From Candidatus Thorarchaeota archaeon (GTDB lineage: Archaea; Asgardarchaeota; Thorarchaeia; Thorarchaeales; Thorarchaeaceae), in contig JAEOTX010000022.1 of NCBI GenBank assembly GCA_016839605.1, positions 1-56,937 on the forward strand: a DNA stretch of 56,937 nt, read 5' to 3'. The stretch's first letter is position 1. Each line of letters begins with the position of its first letter. The position numbers and the translations under genes were made by a program. Of the stretch, positions 1 through 8,982 are shown one piece after another. The notes under the pieces were generated by a model. That model made no database searches and was not told the DNA's origin. It was given only the letters and a program-made list of their open reading frames with translations.

Positions 1-1
1 G

Positions 2-694
2 GAGTCCATTCGTAAACAAGTCATTCAAGGTGGAAAATATGTTGCTGGGAATTCGATTCTTCAATTCTTCTTTATCTTCGCCATTCTACTGGCAGGTTCA
101 TCGGGAATCCTCAATGCTTTGATGATGCCTCACCTCGAAGGCTACATTGGAGTCACAGAGGTCCAATTCGGTGTGATCTTGAGCGCTGGGGCTGCGACAG
201 GCACTCTTACAGCTTACGTACTTGGCACTAAGAAGAAGATTCCTTACCCACTATACCTTGTTTCAATTGCAGGTTTAGTTGCAGGAATCTCTGTCTTCGG
301 TCTTGCGTTCTCGACTGGATTCTGGGGAATACTTCTGTCTTGGGCTCTCATTGGAGCTGTTGATGTCATGCTCAACATTCCACTTGCGACCCTCATGCAG
401 GATCTGGTCGTAGACAACTATCGCGGAAGAGTGTTTGCTCTCCTCAATGTGGTCTTCACAGCAGTGCAAGTCATTGGCATGGCAATAGGCGGAGTCTGGG
501 CTGAGGCAGTAACCTCAACCATCGCCCCTCTACTTGGCGCAGCTATCGGACTTGTAGTAGTATCAGTTCTGGGTGTGCTTGTAGTGTCCAAGAGGGACCT
601 TCATGGCAAACTAGACATTATGCTGAATGACTCGGAAAAACACGTTGCTAGAGAAACCGAGTCCTCAGAAGTCGCGCTTGAGGCTGTCACCTGA
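2..694 (+). CDS. MFS transporter, C-terminal part (5' truncated by window edge)
   Basis: Frame open from position 2; multiple TM helices; MFS C-half motif LMQDLVVDNYRGRVFA. Confidence 0.85.
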   Translation, partial: ESIRKQVIQGGKYVAGNSILQFFFIFAILLAGSSGILNALMMPHLEGYIGVTEVQFGVILSAGAATGTLTAYVLGTKKKIPYPLYLVSIAGLVAGISVFGLAFSTGFWGILLSWALIGAVDVMLNIPLATLMQDLVVDNYRGRVFALLNVVFTAVQVIGMAIGGVWAEAVTSTIAPLLGAAIGLVVVSVLGVLVVSKRDLHGKLDIMLNDSEKHVARETESSEVALEAVT

Positions 695-703
695 AGCGGG
701 ACA

Positions 704-748
704 CGGGCGGGGGAACTCAAAATAGTGCTCTCGCCCATCCTTCCTTTT
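704..748 (+). terminator. Hairpin followed by pyrimidine/T-rich tract downstream of MFS gene
   Basis: GGGCGGGGGAAC...GTGCTCTCGCCC stem (with G-U pairs), then CCTTCCTTTT. Confidence 0.4.
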
Positions 749-904
749 CAATCCGGTCGTTCTTTGTCTTTCTTCTCAGAAAAGGCCTTGTGATTCTCTG
801 CCTTCTCTCGTTCGACTCTCACAGGATGATTCGTTCAAAAGATAGAACTAACTAGAACTGCTTGACAATAACGTGCAGATTACAGGTTTTGCGGAGAGAT
901 TTCA

Positions 905-1672
905 GTGGGGTTTCGATTCAAAATAGACTGGAGTTCTTGGAGAACAAGGAGTGGGATAGTCGCATTTGCAGTGATTCTCCTCCTATTTCCAGCACTATGG
1001 TTTGGTGTCATCTATGCACTGTTTCCTCCGGCACCTCCAATGGGACAAGCAAACGTCGAGATATCAGCAGATTCCTTCTTCAGCACCGCGGATGATGCTA
1101 ATCACTCAACTGAGCCAATAAACAGAGTTAGCAATTTCTCTGCGAGTGGAAATGAAACAATAGAGATAGCATTCTTCGAGTTTGAGTTGTATCCTCCACC
1201 GGCGGGGTCTTACCTTGCTGATCTGGTCTTTGATTTTGATTGTGCAGAAGTCCTAATGGAGGGGATCTTGAGATTTCACAAATGCGAGTCAGTTAGACTT
1301 GAGTCCAACATGACATTTGACACTGCGCCTGAATATGACCCCCTGCCATTCACAAGCATCACCATCACACAGAATGGCACCTACACAGTTTCACTGCATG
1401 AGGAAGGTGGTTACACTGATTGGCCTGTCCAACTTGGATTGTTTGCTATAGTCGCAGATATAGATACCCAAGTCATCATTCATTCCTCGGAAGCTGAGCC
1501 CAGGTTTCAACCACAAATGACCCTCTTTTCTCCAGTTGGAATCTGGATAAACCCTGCAGAGCACCCACAGCTTTGGTACTTACACCCTCTTGCTTGGGTT
1601 TCAGTCATCGCCGCCATCATGCTGTTGTCCATTGGCTCTGCAAAGTCATCAAAATTAGGAAGTGGCGCTTAA
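905..1672 (+). CDS. Membrane protein with extracellular beta-rich domain between N- and C-terminal TM helices
   Basis: Two hydrophobic segments; several N-x-S/T sequons; weak resemblance to DNRLRE-type domains. Confidence 0.6.
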   Translation: MGFRFKIDWSSWRTRSGIVAFAVILLLFPALWFGVIYALFPPAPPMGQANVEISADSFFSTADDANHSTEPINRVSNFSASGNETIEIAFFEFELYPPPAGSYLADLVFDFDCAEVLMEGILRFHKCESVRLESNMTFDTAPEYDPLPFTSITITQNGTYTVSLHEEGGYTDWPVQLGLFAIVADIDTQVIIHSSEAEPRFQPQMTLFSPVGIWINPAEHPQLWYLHPLAWVSVIAAIMLLSIGSAKSSKLGSGA

Positions 1673-1676
1673 GGCA

Positions 1677-2138
1677 TTATGTCTCATTTCTTTCAGGAGC
1701 AATTGCGGCGAGCAGCAATACAGCGAACGTGTGAAGGGGTAGTGGAATCACATAGTTCAACATGTCAGAATACACATGAAGGAGCACTGGTATGGTTATC
1801 ATTGCTTGAGATACTAGCGCTATGAGTAGGAGAAGTATGACCAACCTCAGTTGGATTTGACCCAGATAGAGTTCACGTAGAAGTATGCTTGTTGACAAGC
1901 TCATGACAAACCACATTACACCCAACGCAACCATCGGGAGTTCGCGCCCAGAGAATTGGAAAAGAAAATGAAATACCCCATACTTTGACAAAACGCCGTA
2001 ATCATGGACATAGTACCAAAATAGAAACAGCCACTCTTGATTAGCTGAGAATATCGGCGGGAGGACCTCGATGACCGCATAGGGTAGCAGTACACTAAGT
2101 ATCATGGCTGCAATTGGAAAACACGAATGTCTCTCCAA
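1677..2138 (-). CDS. Hypothetical multi-pass membrane protein
   Basis: 153 aa with about 4 hydrophobic segments; GGAGG upstream. Confidence 0.6.
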   Translation of the reverse strand: MERHSCFPIAAMILSVLLPYAVIEVLPPIFSANQEWLFLFWYYVHDYGVLSKYGVFHFLFQFSGRELPMVALGVMWFVMSLSTSILLRELYLGQIQLRLVILLLLIALVSQAMITIPVLLHVYSDMLNYVIPLPLHTFAVLLLAAIAPERNET

Positions 2139-2258
2139 ATTTCCTCCATCCGGGCGAAGTCTAACTATAGATTAGATAGGAATCATATTGATTTTTCGTA
2201 CAACGAACGGATTGACGCAATCTTTATGAGATGAACGATTCTCGAAGCCAATACTCAC

Positions 2259-2403
2259 GCCGAGGTTTCCTAGCCTGGTACGGAGCTGGATTGCTATTGA
2301 TTGCAATCTTAGCAATTCAGCAAATATCCAGTGTGCTATGCACTCGAGGGTTCAAAGGATTACACGAATGCCGTGAAATCTGAATATCCCTCCCTCGGCG
2401 CCA
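2259..2403 (+). tRNA. tRNA-Ser(GCT) with two introns (2297-2325 at 37/38; 2357-2386 at 59/60) and encoded CCA
   Basis: Acceptor GCCGAGG/CCTCGGC, G73, CCA; long variable arm; splicing both BHB motifs restores CTGGA-TTGCTAA-TCCAG and GAGGG-TTCAAAT-CCCTC. Confidence 0.93.
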
Positions 2404-2625
2404 TCTTTTTCCTTCTTTTAGTGTGCACTTGAGAGTTCATGACCTATCTCCCAGTCGCAATTTCTCGACATACAAACAGACTCCCATACCAGGCTTGGAT
2501 TTGACCTGCTTCTACAAGTCGAGTGAACTCCGACTGTCGAAACTTCTGTGTTCTACCTTCAATGTGATTGAACCGATAATGATAGACTTGATATCATACC
2601 GCCTCCGCACTCAATTGAGAGAATA

Positions 2626-3024
2626 ATGAATGAACGTGATTCATCCAGATATCTTCTAGTTCTGGGATTTGTGCTGATCATACTAACGGGAGCCAACCTT
2701 GGTACCGATATTTTCTATTACGTTTGGAAATTTATTGCAGGCGCAATAGGATTTCTTCTTATTATCGTAGCCGGAGGAACATTACTTGTCAAAGAGCAGA
2801 TGAACAGAAGGGATGCATACCTGTATTTCGTGGGTCTTGTACTGGTTGGACTAGCTCCGACATTGCTGTTATATTCGCAGCTGGCTCAAAACGTGCAGCT
2901 TGAGATCTGGTGGGTCTTCCCGTCCATAGGAGGGGTTTTCTTAGCTTTCGGTGCCATTCTAATTCTGTGGTCATGGATCCGTCGAAGAAACAATGAGAAA
3001 TCGAATACCAGTTTTGATGAATGA
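2626..3024 (+). CDS. Hypothetical 4-TM membrane protein
   Basis: Four hydrophobic helices and a basic/charged tail. Confidence 0.65.
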   Translation: MNERDSSRYLLVLGFVLIILTGANLGTDIFYYVWKFIAGAIGFLLIIVAGGTLLVKEQMNRRDAYLYFVGLVLVGLAPTLLLYSQLAQNVQLEIWWVFPSIGGVFLAFGAILILWSWIRRRNNEKSNTSFDE

Positions 3025-3119
3025 ATCAAGCAGGAGGCTTGGATACCTCAGCTTATTTTCCTGCGAATCTCAGTTTTCTCTTAAACATTGTCGTAGTCCT
3101 CAAGAAGACAAGTTCAGAA

Positions 3120-3436
3120 GGTGCAACGGCCCCTCAACATCGAACGTCCTTCTTCTCAGTGCTATCAATCACCTTCCTCAGAGCAGCACCCTCTGAGGCT
3201 CCACCACTCCACCTTAGAGCTGTTCCCGCCAGGGCCTGACTCGATTCGGTAGTTTATGCCAATCACAGCAATCCTACAAATGCTGCTATGGCAGTGACAG
3301 ACTTCAGAGACCACCCGTCGCCGTCCAGTGAAAGGACACATGAGTGTCCGGGTTCGTCCTCCGTCTTGGTTACTGGTTCCGGCTATTGCCATACCGGTCA
3401 CAGGTCGCGGCAAACGACCTAACCCTACCCGCTGCA
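3120..3436 (-). ncRNA. ffs: Signal recognition particle (7S) RNA
   Basis: On minus strand: helix 1 TGCAGCGG/CCGTTGCA; Alu domain (GGTCG..CGACC, TGTGA, CCGG..CCGG with complementary loops TTGCC/GGCAA); helix 6 GTAG loop; helix 8 TCAGGCCC-TGGC-GGGAACAG; about 315 nt; TATA-like element upstream. Confidence 0.9.
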
Positions 3437-3492
3437 GACGGGGCTTCTACAGTTTTCCCTAAAAACGTTGTCAATCGTCACTAAAGGTGTAT

Positions 3493-5289
3493 CTAAACGA
3501 ATGCGCCGGCAGCCCTCTTTATCTCAGTGACTTCCTGCAGGACCTCTTTCTCAGAGGGTAGAAGATCATCCAAGAACTTCTTTCTCATGGCAAGAATGTG
3601 TTTGTCTGGGATATCTGTATAGAGTACTTCATCACTTTTCACTTGGCGACCAATAGTGGGCCCTCTAATAGACACCGCAACTTCCATTCCATTGGTTGCT
3701 TCATCTACAGGCACACTGCGGTCCTGAATCTGAAGAATTGTACCAACTCGTCTTCCCTCCGAGTTAATTACGCCAGTTCGCGGTCTGATAATTCCATGGA
3801 CCCTCACACCTACAATTGCGGGGTCTTTATGTCTGAAGACATACTCGGGAATAAGCTCTAGTTTTCCAGGTCTAATCAGTGACCCAAGTGATTCTGCTTT
3901 TGCCTGTTCTCTCTTAACAATCAACCAAGCATTATAATCGTCATACAATCGATAAATGACCTCGTTCAGAAAGGTTTCAACACCGTATTCTGCAGCCAAG
4001 TCCTCGATGTCAGGTGCGAATTTCACATTGAAACCCAACACCACCGCATTCAGTGGGTCTGTATCTCCTGCAGCTTTTGCTTCGACAATGTCACGTTTTA
4101 CTATATTTCCAACATCAGCTACTCTGACCGGGACTTTCCGGTCCTGTAAGAACTGGGTCACAGCCTCCAGAGAACCAAGAGTGTCCGTCTTGACTACTAT
4201 TCCTGATGAATCTCTCTGAATTCGGATAGAGCTGACCTCGTCTCGGACTCTCTGTTTCATGGCCTCAAGGTTTTCTATCTTGTCTATTGCATATACTGGT
4301 GCACCTGCCACAGCCCCTTCAATATCCGGCGATACTATCTTGACACCTGCGGCGGCATGCACCTCTTCAACCGGTGTGAACTTTTCTTTGGGATCGCGAA
4401 TCTCATCAAGCTCCTTGGGCTGTAGTAGAGTTCGAATCTTTGCAACAATCACATCATCAAGCCCGCCAATGACTACAGTATCTGTCTTCCTCAGAATTCC
4501 CTCGTAGATAATCGTGTCCAGAGTGATACCAAGTCCCGTTTCCTCTCTGACCTCTAGAATAGCCCCCCGGGCAGGGCCCTCAGAGATCTGTAATCGGTCT
4601 TTCATGTACTGCTGGGTTAAGCCGGAGAGGACCATGAGAAGTTCAGGAATTCCTGTACCAGTCTTTGCACTTGTGGGTACGATAGCTATTGTCTGGGTGA
4701 AGTCCTCTACTCTATCGAACCTCTCTGAGTTGTAGCCGTTGGCCGAAAGGGCTCCAACAATCTCATACAGGCGTCTGTCGACCTCAGACTGAGTGGAAGT
4801 ACCTTGTGATTTAATTGCCTGAAAGAGATTCATATCCTCCCTTTCACGCCATCCAGGGACCTTGTCCAGTTTGTTTGCTGCTACTAGAAAGGGAGTCTTT
4901 CCTGATTGTAGGATCTTCAGGGACTCGTAGGTCTGAGTGAGTGCGCCTTCGTTGATGTCAACAACGAGTATCGCGAAATCAGCAATCGCACCACCGCGCC
5001 GTCTGAGATTCAAATATGCCTCGTGGCCGGGTGTATCAATGAACAAAAGACCGTCAATGGTCAGCTCGGTCTTCGTACTCTCGAGAAGACCTCCACAGAT
5101 TGACTCAATGGTTTCAGTGGGGAAGAAGGATGCTCCAATGTGCTGAGTTATCCCGGCTGCCTCTCGGTCCTGCACTGCTGTACCACGCATCTTATCGAGA
5201 AGAGAGGTCTTTCCGTGGTCTATGTGTCCTAGAACAGTGACAATTGGTGAACGCAGCTTAGCGCTATCGCCTGACCCTGAATCAGCCAT
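3493..5289 (-). CDS. infB: Translation initiation factor aIF5B (IF2)
   Basis: LRSPIVTVLGHIDHGKT, GITQHIGA, DTPGHEA, NKLD motifs. Confidence 0.97.
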   Translation of the reverse strand: MADSGSGDSAKLRSPIVTVLGHIDHGKTSLLDKMRGTAVQDREAAGITQHIGASFFPTETIESICGGLLESTKTELTIDGLLFIDTPGHEAYLNLRRRGGAIADFAILVVDINEGALTQTYESLKILQSGKTPFLVAANKLDKVPGWREREDMNLFQAIKSQGTSTQSEVDRRLYEIVGALSANGYNSERFDRVEDFTQTIAIVPTSAKTGTGIPELLMVLSGLTQQYMKDRLQISEGPARGAILEVREETGLGITLDTIIYEGILRKTDTVVIGGLDDVIVAKIRTLLQPKELDEIRDPKEKFTPVEEVHAAAGVKIVSPDIEGAVAGAPVYAIDKIENLEAMKQRVRDEVSSIRIQRDSSGIVVKTDTLGSLEAVTQFLQDRKVPVRVADVGNIVKRDIVEAKAAGDTDPLNAVVLGFNVKFAPDIEDLAAEYGVETFLNEVIYRLYDDYNAWLIVKREQAKAESLGSLIRPGKLELIPEYVFRHKDPAIVGVRVHGIIRPRTGVINSEGRRVGTILQIQDRSVPVDEATNGMEVAVSIRGPTIGRQVKSDEVLYTDIPDKHILAMRKKFLDDLLPSEKEVLQEVTEIKRAAGAFV

Positions 5290-5414
5290 CGGTGACACCT
5301 CACAAGAAGACTAGCAGCGGGGCACGTGTTGATGTTTAAGAAATTGTCGCTCTGCCCTGTCACAAGCCTAAAATAGGTCCGTCCTTCGTCGCGGCGATAA
5401 GATACATTGCAGGT

Positions 5415-6089
5415 ATGATAATGATGGAGTGCTCACTTGTAGTAATCAAGCCCGATGGTACCATAAGACGGACTGTTGGTGCCCTTGTTCTCAAGGACTT
5501 TATGGAACGTGGATTTCATGTGAAGGCTTTCAAAGAGATGAAGGTTTCTGAGTCACTGGCCAAATTACATTATGATGTTCACAAAGAGAAACCCTTCTTC
5601 CCATGGTTAGTTCAGTTTATCTCCTCAGCTCGTGTCTTGGCAATGATTTTGGAGGCAGATGATGTCATAAAGGGCGTCCGTGATGCACTTGGTGCCACAT
5701 TTGTGCAAAAAGCAGCACCAGACTCCCTCAGAGGAAAGTATGGTATCTGGTCTGGTATCAATATAGCCCATGCCTCAGATGGGCCTGAAACGGCAGCCAC
5801 TGAGACTTCCTTGTGGACTAAGGAGGGCGGTCTCGAAGAGTCCGAAGACGCTGAGAAAGCAGCCAATGCCTATGTCGAGAGGTACGCTCCTTCAAATATG
5901 GACTTGACCAAAGAGATTCGTGACCTAGTTGAGTCATCAATCGATGTGAATGACACTTCCTCCGCAGTCCTTGAATCCCTCGAAGATCTCTTTGGAAGGG
6001 ACTCAGAGGATGTTGATGAGGGCGAGATAAAGGCGCTCGCACTAGCGGTCTTTGACTTCATCAAGGAAGAAGTCGAAAAGAAAGAGTAG
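5415..6089 (+). CDS. ndk: Nucleoside diphosphate kinase with acidic C-terminal extension
   Basis: IKPDG, HKEKPFF, PDSLRG and NIAHASD active-site motifs. Confidence 0.92.
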   Translation: MIMMECSLVVIKPDGTIRRTVGALVLKDFMERGFHVKAFKEMKVSESLAKLHYDVHKEKPFFPWLVQFISSARVLAMILEADDVIKGVRDALGATFVQKAAPDSLRGKYGIWSGINIAHASDGPETAATETSLWTKEGGLEESEDAEKAANAYVERYAPSNMDLTKEIRDLVESSIDVNDTSSAVLESLEDLFGRDSEDVDEGEIKALALAVFDFIKEEVEKKE

Positions 6090-6148
6090 AGACCTTTGGT
6101 GACACAAGTGTGCCACCTAAGTCATCTTGAACTGCTGAAAAGTGCTGA

Positions 6149-6346
6149 TTATTTGGCTTTTCCGCCTTTTTGGAAGCCCTTTGACCACTTTGTGGCTCTT
6201 GGTTTCATCCTGCGTTTGAGTCTGGCCACTTTGCACTTGTTGGAACAGAACCACAGTACAGAACCGTCCTTTGTCTGTACAAAGGCAGATCCAGTCCCTG
6301 GCTCGATGTCCTTTTCACAAAAACTACATCGTTGAGTGCCTACCAA
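6149..6346 (-). CDS. rpl24e: 50S ribosomal protein eL24
   Basis: CSFCEKDIEPGTG...FCSNKC. Confidence 0.95.
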   Translation of the reverse strand: MVGTQRCSFCEKDIEPGTGSAFVQTKDGSVLWFCSNKCKVARLKRRMKPRATKWSKGFQKGGKAK

Positions 6347-6351
6347 CTCGC

Positions 6352-6582
6352 TTAACGCCTCCTCATCTTCCGTGCTTCACGTTCGGTTTCACGGAGAATG
6401 AGAATATCACCCATTCTGACCGGTCCCTTCACGTTTCGCGTGAGGACACGTCCCCTATCCCGGCCTTCCATAATCTTGACTCGAACTTGAGTGATTTCTC
6501 CGGTCACTCCTGTTCGTCCCAGCAGCTGAATAACTTCGGCAGGGATTGCTGGAGTCGCTACTTCTTCTTCTTTCTTGCTCAT
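6352..6582 (-). CDS. rps28e: 30S ribosomal protein eS28
   Basis: GRTGVTGE...[20 protein letters not shown]. Confidence 0.97.
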   Translation of the reverse strand: MSKKEEEVATPAIPAEVIQLLGRTGVTGEITQVRVKIMEGRDRGRVLTRNVKGPVRMGDILILRETEREARKMRRR

Positions 6583-6602
6583 CGAAAGCCATCACCTAAG
6601 AT

Positions 6603-6974
6603 TTACTTACGCAGAGCACCAATCTTCTCGACAACATCGGTCAAGATATCTTTGGCTTTTCCTTCAACAACAATAGCAACAGCAGCGGTGGGTCTTTCAA
6701 TTCCGGCAGCATTTCCTAGATCTCTCTTGCTGGGAACAAAGATGTAGGGTGCTTTCCTGTCATCACACAGACCTGGGATGTACATGATGACCTCTGGAGG
6801 TTCTACATCCTCTGCAACAATCACTAGACGAGCAAGTCCTCGCTCGATGCTTTTTGTTGTTTCGTTAATTCCTTTCTTGATTCTGCCTGTGTCTTTGGCA
6901 ACTTCAAGTGCCTCTAGGGCCCTCTTTTGAAGCTCTTCAGTAGCTTCCCATTCAACGAATGACGGCTTTGGCAT
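6603..6974 (-). CDS. rpl7ae: Ribosomal protein L7Ae (eL8)
   Basis: KKGINETTKSIERG, AEDVEPPE, LGNAAG. Confidence 0.97.
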   Translation of the reverse strand: MPKPSFVEWEATEELQKRALEALEVAKDTGRIKKGINETTKSIERGLARLVIVAEDVEPPEVIMYIPGLCDDRKAPYIFVPSKRDLGNAAGIERPTAAVAIVVEGKAKDILTDVVEKIGALRK

Positions 6975-6989
6975 TTTTCTACCTCTGTT

Positions 6990-7072
6990 CTCACTTCATT
7001 GGTATCAATAAGTCGGACACATCCATCTAAGGATGCGTTCTCATCGGCCCAATCTCCAACTTCTTTTAAAAC
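6990..7072 (-). promoter_or_regulatory. rpl7ae promoter (TTTTAAAA) and structured 5' UTR with K-turn-like motifs
   Basis: Minus strand GGGCCGATGA-gaacgcatcc-ttagat-ggatgtgt-CCGA, then TTGATACCAATGA; TATA about 25 nt upstream. Confidence 0.5.
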
Positions 7073-7091
7073 TGTCGAAGTGTCACGTAAC

Positions 7092-8087
7092 TCAAAAATA
7101 GTCTAACAATTTCATGGTCTGAAGAATGCCCGGGTCATCAACCCCTTGGTGTTGAAGGACGGAATAGCGATTCCGTCGTGTCATTATATCCAGTGCATGA
7201 TGCACATGATCAAGAAACTGATCACTTGAGATGCCCACATCATCTATACTTGCGGGCATGTCATATTTTACAATGAATTGATGCATTTCCTCAGCCTTGT
7301 ACTCGCTATAACCTGCTTCTTCGAGATAATAGACACAAAGAGGCATTGCAAAAGCGACTTGAAGACCATGTAGTTCAGTTTGTTCTCTGTCCATTGCATG
7401 GGATATTGCATGTTCTGTGCCTGAACATGGCCTTGAACTCCCAAAGATGCTCATCGCTCTCCCTGCATCGATTTCCGCTCGGACTAGGGTTTCCAAGCTT
7501 TCGTCCTGCAAAACGGACTCAAGTGCTGACTTAACTAGACTGTAGACCCTCTTATCGAATGGCTCGTCGTTCTTTTCATGGGCAAGGCGCCACTCACCTA
7601 GACTGGATGCTTTGCAGATGATATCTCCAATTCCGGCCAGCCTGAGTTTAGTTGGTGCCTTTTCAATGATGGAGAGATCCGCTATGACACCTATGGGACT
7701 CTTACATTTCTCAGAGTATCTATACCCATTATGACTCACCGATGCGACATCACTTGCTATTCCATCATGAGATGCTGCAGTTGGTACAGCAATCCAGTCG
7801 AGACCAGTATCTCTCGCTAGCAGCTTAGCTGTGTCTAGGCTTCGTCCTCCACCAAATCCGAGTATGATGTCCTTCCCGAGAGCTTTGGAAATTTCTCCCA
7901 CTTCGTACTCAGAAACCAATAACCAGGTCACTTCGCCACCCATAAAGTCCTCTACAATCTCTCTGTACTCTGCATACAGCAGTTCATCAGTCACGAAAAT
8001 CGGCCGTTCGTAGTCTTCCAAGAAGTCGTCCACCTTACTTAGAGCCCCTTTTCTAATAACTATGAACTGGGGATCTACAATGGACAT
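7092..8087 (-). CDS. egsA: sn-glycerol-1-phosphate dehydrogenase
   Basis: GFGGGRSLDTAK, PTAASHDGIAS, SRPCSGTEHAISH, LHGLQV. Confidence 0.92.
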   Translation of the reverse strand: MSIVDPQFIVIRKGALSKVDDFLEDYERPIFVTDELLYAEYREIVEDFMGGEVTWLLVSEYEVGEISKALGKDIILGFGGGRSLDTAKLLARDTGLDWIAVPTAASHDGIASDVASVSHNGYRYSEKCKSPIGVIADLSIIEKAPTKLRLAGIGDIICKASSLGEWRLAHEKNDEPFDKRVYSLVKSALESVLQDESLETLVRAEIDAGRAMSIFGSSRPCSGTEHAISHAMDREQTELHGLQVAFAMPLCVYYLEEAGYSEYKAEEMHQFIVKYDMPASIDDVGISSDQFLDHVHHALDIMTRRNRYSVLQHQGVDDPGILQTMKLLDYF

Positions 8088-8298
8088 GTCAACAACTCCA
8101 AAGTGGTGGCTGTTCCTCCCTTGTTAAGCTCTTCTGTTGAGCGCCTAATTTCAGTATGACTTGGCCTCTCTCAGTAGCCTTAAGTATCGCATCGACCCGC
8201 CCCGGGCAGCAGTTAGTGTTACCTGGGAAATACATCAGCTGATATGTTTGCTATCTAACAGCTGACGTGATGACCATTCAAGTTGGGAGTCTAGAAAC

Positions 8299-8796
8299 AT
8301 GACCCGATACGTCAAGGTCGCCCTGATGGGCTCTGGTTACGCGGGTAAATCCACCCTCATCAAGCTTCTAACTGATAGCAAAAAGAAGCTACAGGTGAAT
8401 TATCAGCCTACAGCAGGGATGGACTGCGGAACCATTACTCTTGATAGCACTACCAAGGTCTCATTAGTCGAGATGGGTGGCCAGTCTCATTTCGAGTTCA
8501 TGTGGGCTGATTTGATGAGGGGTAGCAAAATGGTAGTTTTGGTCACTGAAAGCAATCCCAAGGCTGTTCTCAAAACCCGTCAACTTCTTCATAAATACAA
8601 GGACAAGTTCAATGGAGCTCGAGTGATTGCGATAGCCAATAAGCAGGATGTTGAAGGGTCCATGAAGCCCGAGTCTGTACAGGATTTACTTGGAGTCCCA
8701 ACCTATGGGATGGTGGCGATTGATCCTAAGCAACGCCTTCATGGTTACAAACTAATAATCAATGGTCTAAGAGACCTGCTTCGTGTGGCTGCATAG
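8299..8796 (+). CDS. Small Ras-superfamily GTPase (Arf/MglA-like)
   Basis: G1 GSGYAGKS, G2 PTAG, G3 EMGGQ, G4 NKQD. Confidence 0.85.
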   Translation: MTRYVKVALMGSGYAGKSTLIKLLTDSKKKLQVNYQPTAGMDCGTITLDSTTKVSLVEMGGQSHFEFMWADLMRGSKMVVLVTESNPKAVLKTRQLLHKYKDKFNGARVIAIANKQDVEGSMKPESVQDLLGVPTYGMVAIDPKQRLHGYKLIINGLRDLLRVAA

Positions 8797-8982
8797 ATTC
8801 TTCTGGGTTTTTAGAGTGTTTTAACGCTCTGGGATTGAAGTCCTAAGGTAATGCTTTTATACAGACCATCGTGTGATGAAATCGCCCAGGGCACGGGCGA
8901 GAGAGCTATCAGGCATTGCCTTGTAGCGAGTCCGTCCGGGATAATGTGTTTTGGGTGAACACCTCCACGGTCAGGTGAGCCA

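Noticed and set aside
2281-2331. Reading the tRNA as Cys(GCA)
   Set aside because: BHB geometry gives anticodon GCT; the long variable arm and G73 fit Ser
3021-3413. Short ORFs 3021-3239 (+) and 3165-3413 (-)
   Set aside because: They overlap the SRP RNA and have no protein features
3598-5146. Antisense shadow ORFs here and throughout the window
   Set aside because: They lie opposite well-supported genes and lack motifs
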